Origin: Bugula neritina
Taxonomy: Eukaryota > Animalia > Bryozoa
Direction of reading: 5' to 3'
DNA: 9,909 bases
Assembly (NCBI GenBank): GCA_964035545.1
Contig: CAXIUT010000040.1
Span: 1-9,909, forward strand
The notes beneath the pieces were generated by a model that was not told the DNA's origin, did not search any database, and saw nothing but the letters and a program-made list of their open reading frames with translations. The position numbers were made by a program, and so were the translations under genes. This document shows, piece after piece, positions 8,196 to 9,909 of the stretch. The number at the start of each line of letters is the position of its first letter. Position 1 is the stretch's first letter.

Positions 8196-9242
8196 ATGCC
8201 TAAAGTAGAAACTATCATCGATTGTATTTATCTATCTAAAAAAGAACTGAGCAAACAGTGTCCTTCAAGTCTTCCAGAAGTTAGTCAAGCCTTTGAGTCT
8301 GACCCAGATCGCATTCAAGAAGCTATTAAAGTCAGAGGAAAAGGATCAGACTACTATATTAACCTCAGGGTACCTTTTATTTCTAAGCAGATCCTTGAAT
8401 ATCTTACTTTAATGAAACTTTGTTCCAAAGAACCCAAAGAATATTTAAGGCCTCTTCTCGAGATTCCAGTCAAAGATTTGAGTGGTGATTTAAGGGCGGT
8501 ATGAATTCTGATTATAAAGTAAGCTCTTTTACACATCTGTTAGGGAATTATTCATGCTGAAGACCTTTATCGCACGAATACAGTTGATAAATACATAAGT
8601 GATCTAACCAAGGTTACTCTCAATATCACTCAAATAGCCAGATTAGAAATAATCAGTGCTGGAAACAATTTTCTTAAAGGAGATTACCTGAAAGCTGCTA
8701 ATCAATATTTATCTTCAGCTCGAATGGAAGCATTTGTGAGGGATGAAGTCACAAAAACAGCTTTAGTTGAAAAAGCTATTGCTTATGCTTTTTGTTCTCC
8801 TATTAGTAGTGATTCTCATAAGGTTGTTTGTAGTCTTTGTCTCAATTAGACAGCCAAAAAAAGCAGATTTTTTCCTTTTGTTAGTAAACTCTATCGTGAA
8901 GACATTATCACAAAAGAAGAAATTAACGAAATGGCCACCAGACTAGCTAATTTAGTTCTAGAAAAAGACAGAGATGGTGTTAGTATATTGCAACAAGCAG
9001 CATTTTCTCGAAATATGATACCAATATTAAATTCTTTTTCAACAGTGAAGCTTCCAACTTTGCTTCGACTGAGTGGAGTTGCCACTTAAGATGAACTTTT
9101 GATTCTTTTGGAAAAAACATACCGCAATGGAGAAATAAGCATTGATCAAGTAAAAGGAGTAGTTTGCATCAATAGTAAAGCAGACCCTTCAGAAGCTATA
9201 AAATAATTTTTAGGACAAATAGATGTTATCCTCTCAGAATGA
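8196..9242 (+). CDS. CSN4: Divergent COP9 signalosome subunit 4-like PCI-domain protein, 341 aa, 1 intron
   Basis: Exon 1 is the supplied ORF (8196-8498). After intron 8499-8519 it reads GDYLKAANQY...LVEKAIAYAFCSP...SLCLNETAKK..FPFVSKLYREDII...DRDGVSILQQAAFSRN...SFSTVKLPTL...ISIDQVKGVV. This is colinear with CSN4 (KFLEAAQRY...LATLFKDER...LEKMYLDRII...DGSSILDRAVIEHN...IDQIDGIV). Stop is TGA 9240-9242. Confidence 0.8.
8499..8519 (+). other. 21-nt intron containing an in-frame TGA
   Basis: GTATGAATTCTGATTATAAAG; removal eliminates the TGA at 8502 and continues the PCI protein in frame. Confidence 0.9.
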
Positions 9243-9330
9243 TAACCAAAATACATTCATTATCATTATTAATAAATAATTTATCAATAAAGCTATCAGC
9301 TTGATCTTTCTTATAACATCTTAACTATTT

Positions 9331-9413
9331 TTGGGGTTGGGGTTGGGGTTGGGGTTGGGGTTGGGGTTGGGGTTGGGGTTGGGGTTGGGGTTGGGGTTGG
9401 GGTTGGGGTTGGG
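9331..9413 (+). repeat. Right telomere, (TTGGGG)n, about 13.8 perfect copies
   Basis: Perfect T2G4 array in right-end orientation, the reverse complement of the left array. Confidence 0.97.
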
Positions 9414-9897
9414 TCGAGAGGCTTCTTAAAAAAATACTAGGATAGTATGTTGAAAACTTCAGTTCTGAAAATCTAAGCATCGGTATTTGGTCTGGAGAAG
9501 TTATTCTTCGGAATATTTATCTAAAAAAATAAATCATAAAAAAGCTAAATCTACCATTTTTCATAAAGCATAGCTGTCTTGGTTATCTCAAACTCAACAT
9601 TCCTTGGAAGTCTTTGACCTCCAATAAAATATAAGTTCTTCTAGAAGGTCTTTAACTAGTAGTTTCTGAGTTATCTTAATCTAAGTGGGAGTGCAAAAAT
9701 ACAAAAATAATTTAAAAAAGAAAAAAAGAGATTCAAGACTATTGTGAGTCTGTTGTAAACTAATTCGCAAAGAAAGCGTAAAAAAATAAAGAAGGATAAT
9801 AGGGATATTTTTCAAAGTTAGTAGTTAAGATAGTTGACAATTTACAAGTAACAATAAAAAATATTCACATTCGTTACGAGGATTCAATCACCAAAGA
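9413..9897 (+). CDS. VPS13: VPS13 (chorein N-terminal domain) fragment, lacking a start codon and running off the window
   Basis: Translation [74 protein letters not shown]...[27 protein letters not shown] has the classic VPS13 N-terminal motifs. It has no ATG and is followed by a likely donor GTAAGT at 9898. Confidence 0.93.
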
Positions 9898-9909
9898 GTA
9901 AGTCTAAAT

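Noticed and set aside
8499-8519. UGA read-through as Trp, Cys or Sec
   Set aside because: The only internal in-frame TGA lies within a clean GT-AG 21-nt intron, and conserved Trp residues elsewhere use TGG.
1491-9085. Supplied standard-code ORFs (all except 8196..8504)
   Set aside because: They are antisense or off-frame shadows of longer genes read with TAR as sense; 8196..8504 is only exon 1 of the CSN4-like gene running into an intron TGA.
271-9242. Pseudogene cluster (many apparent stop codons)
   Set aside because: The interruptions are exclusively TAA/TAG, frames stay open for hundreds of codons and catalytic motifs are intact, which indicates recoding rather than decay.
1-9413. CRISPR array or linear mobile element/virus with terminal inverted repeats
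   Set aside because: The terminal repeats are simple telomeric hexamers without spacers, and the gene content is eukaryotic housekeeping with no transposase, polymerase or capsid.
271-9897. Standard ciliate code (UAR=Gln, table 6) or split code (UAA=Lys, UAG=Glu)
   Set aside because: Both TAA and TAG fall at conserved Glu positions and within Glu runs, while conserved Gln positions (HSF RQLN, CSN4 IDQ, VPS13 NLQ) use CAA.

Overview
AT-rich eukaryotic DNA, almost certainly a ciliate macronuclear sequence. Positions 1-9413 look like a complete ~9.4 kb chromosome capped by (CCCCAA)n on the left and (TTGGGG)n on the right, carrying six tightly packed genes. The supplied standard-code ORF track is almost entirely artefactual: the real genes read through TAA/TAG, end at TGA and contain 20-22 nt GT-AG introns. 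In-frame TAA and TAG repeatedly fall on conserved glutamate positions (judged against family consensus recalled from memory), pointing to the rare UAR=Glu code (translation table 30, known from peritrich ciliates) rather than the usual ciliate UAR=Gln. Genes: PRKRIP1-like (+), NCS/EF-hand-PIP5K fusion (+), Dbf4-type zinc-finger protein with a long low-complexity tail (-), a hypothetical protein (-), an HSF-type transcription factor (-) and a divergent CSN4-like PCI protein (+). After the right telomere lies a 496-nt 5'-truncated VPS13 fragment, probably a chimeric join. All translations and counts were done by hand; [TAA]/[TAG] mark reassigned codons.
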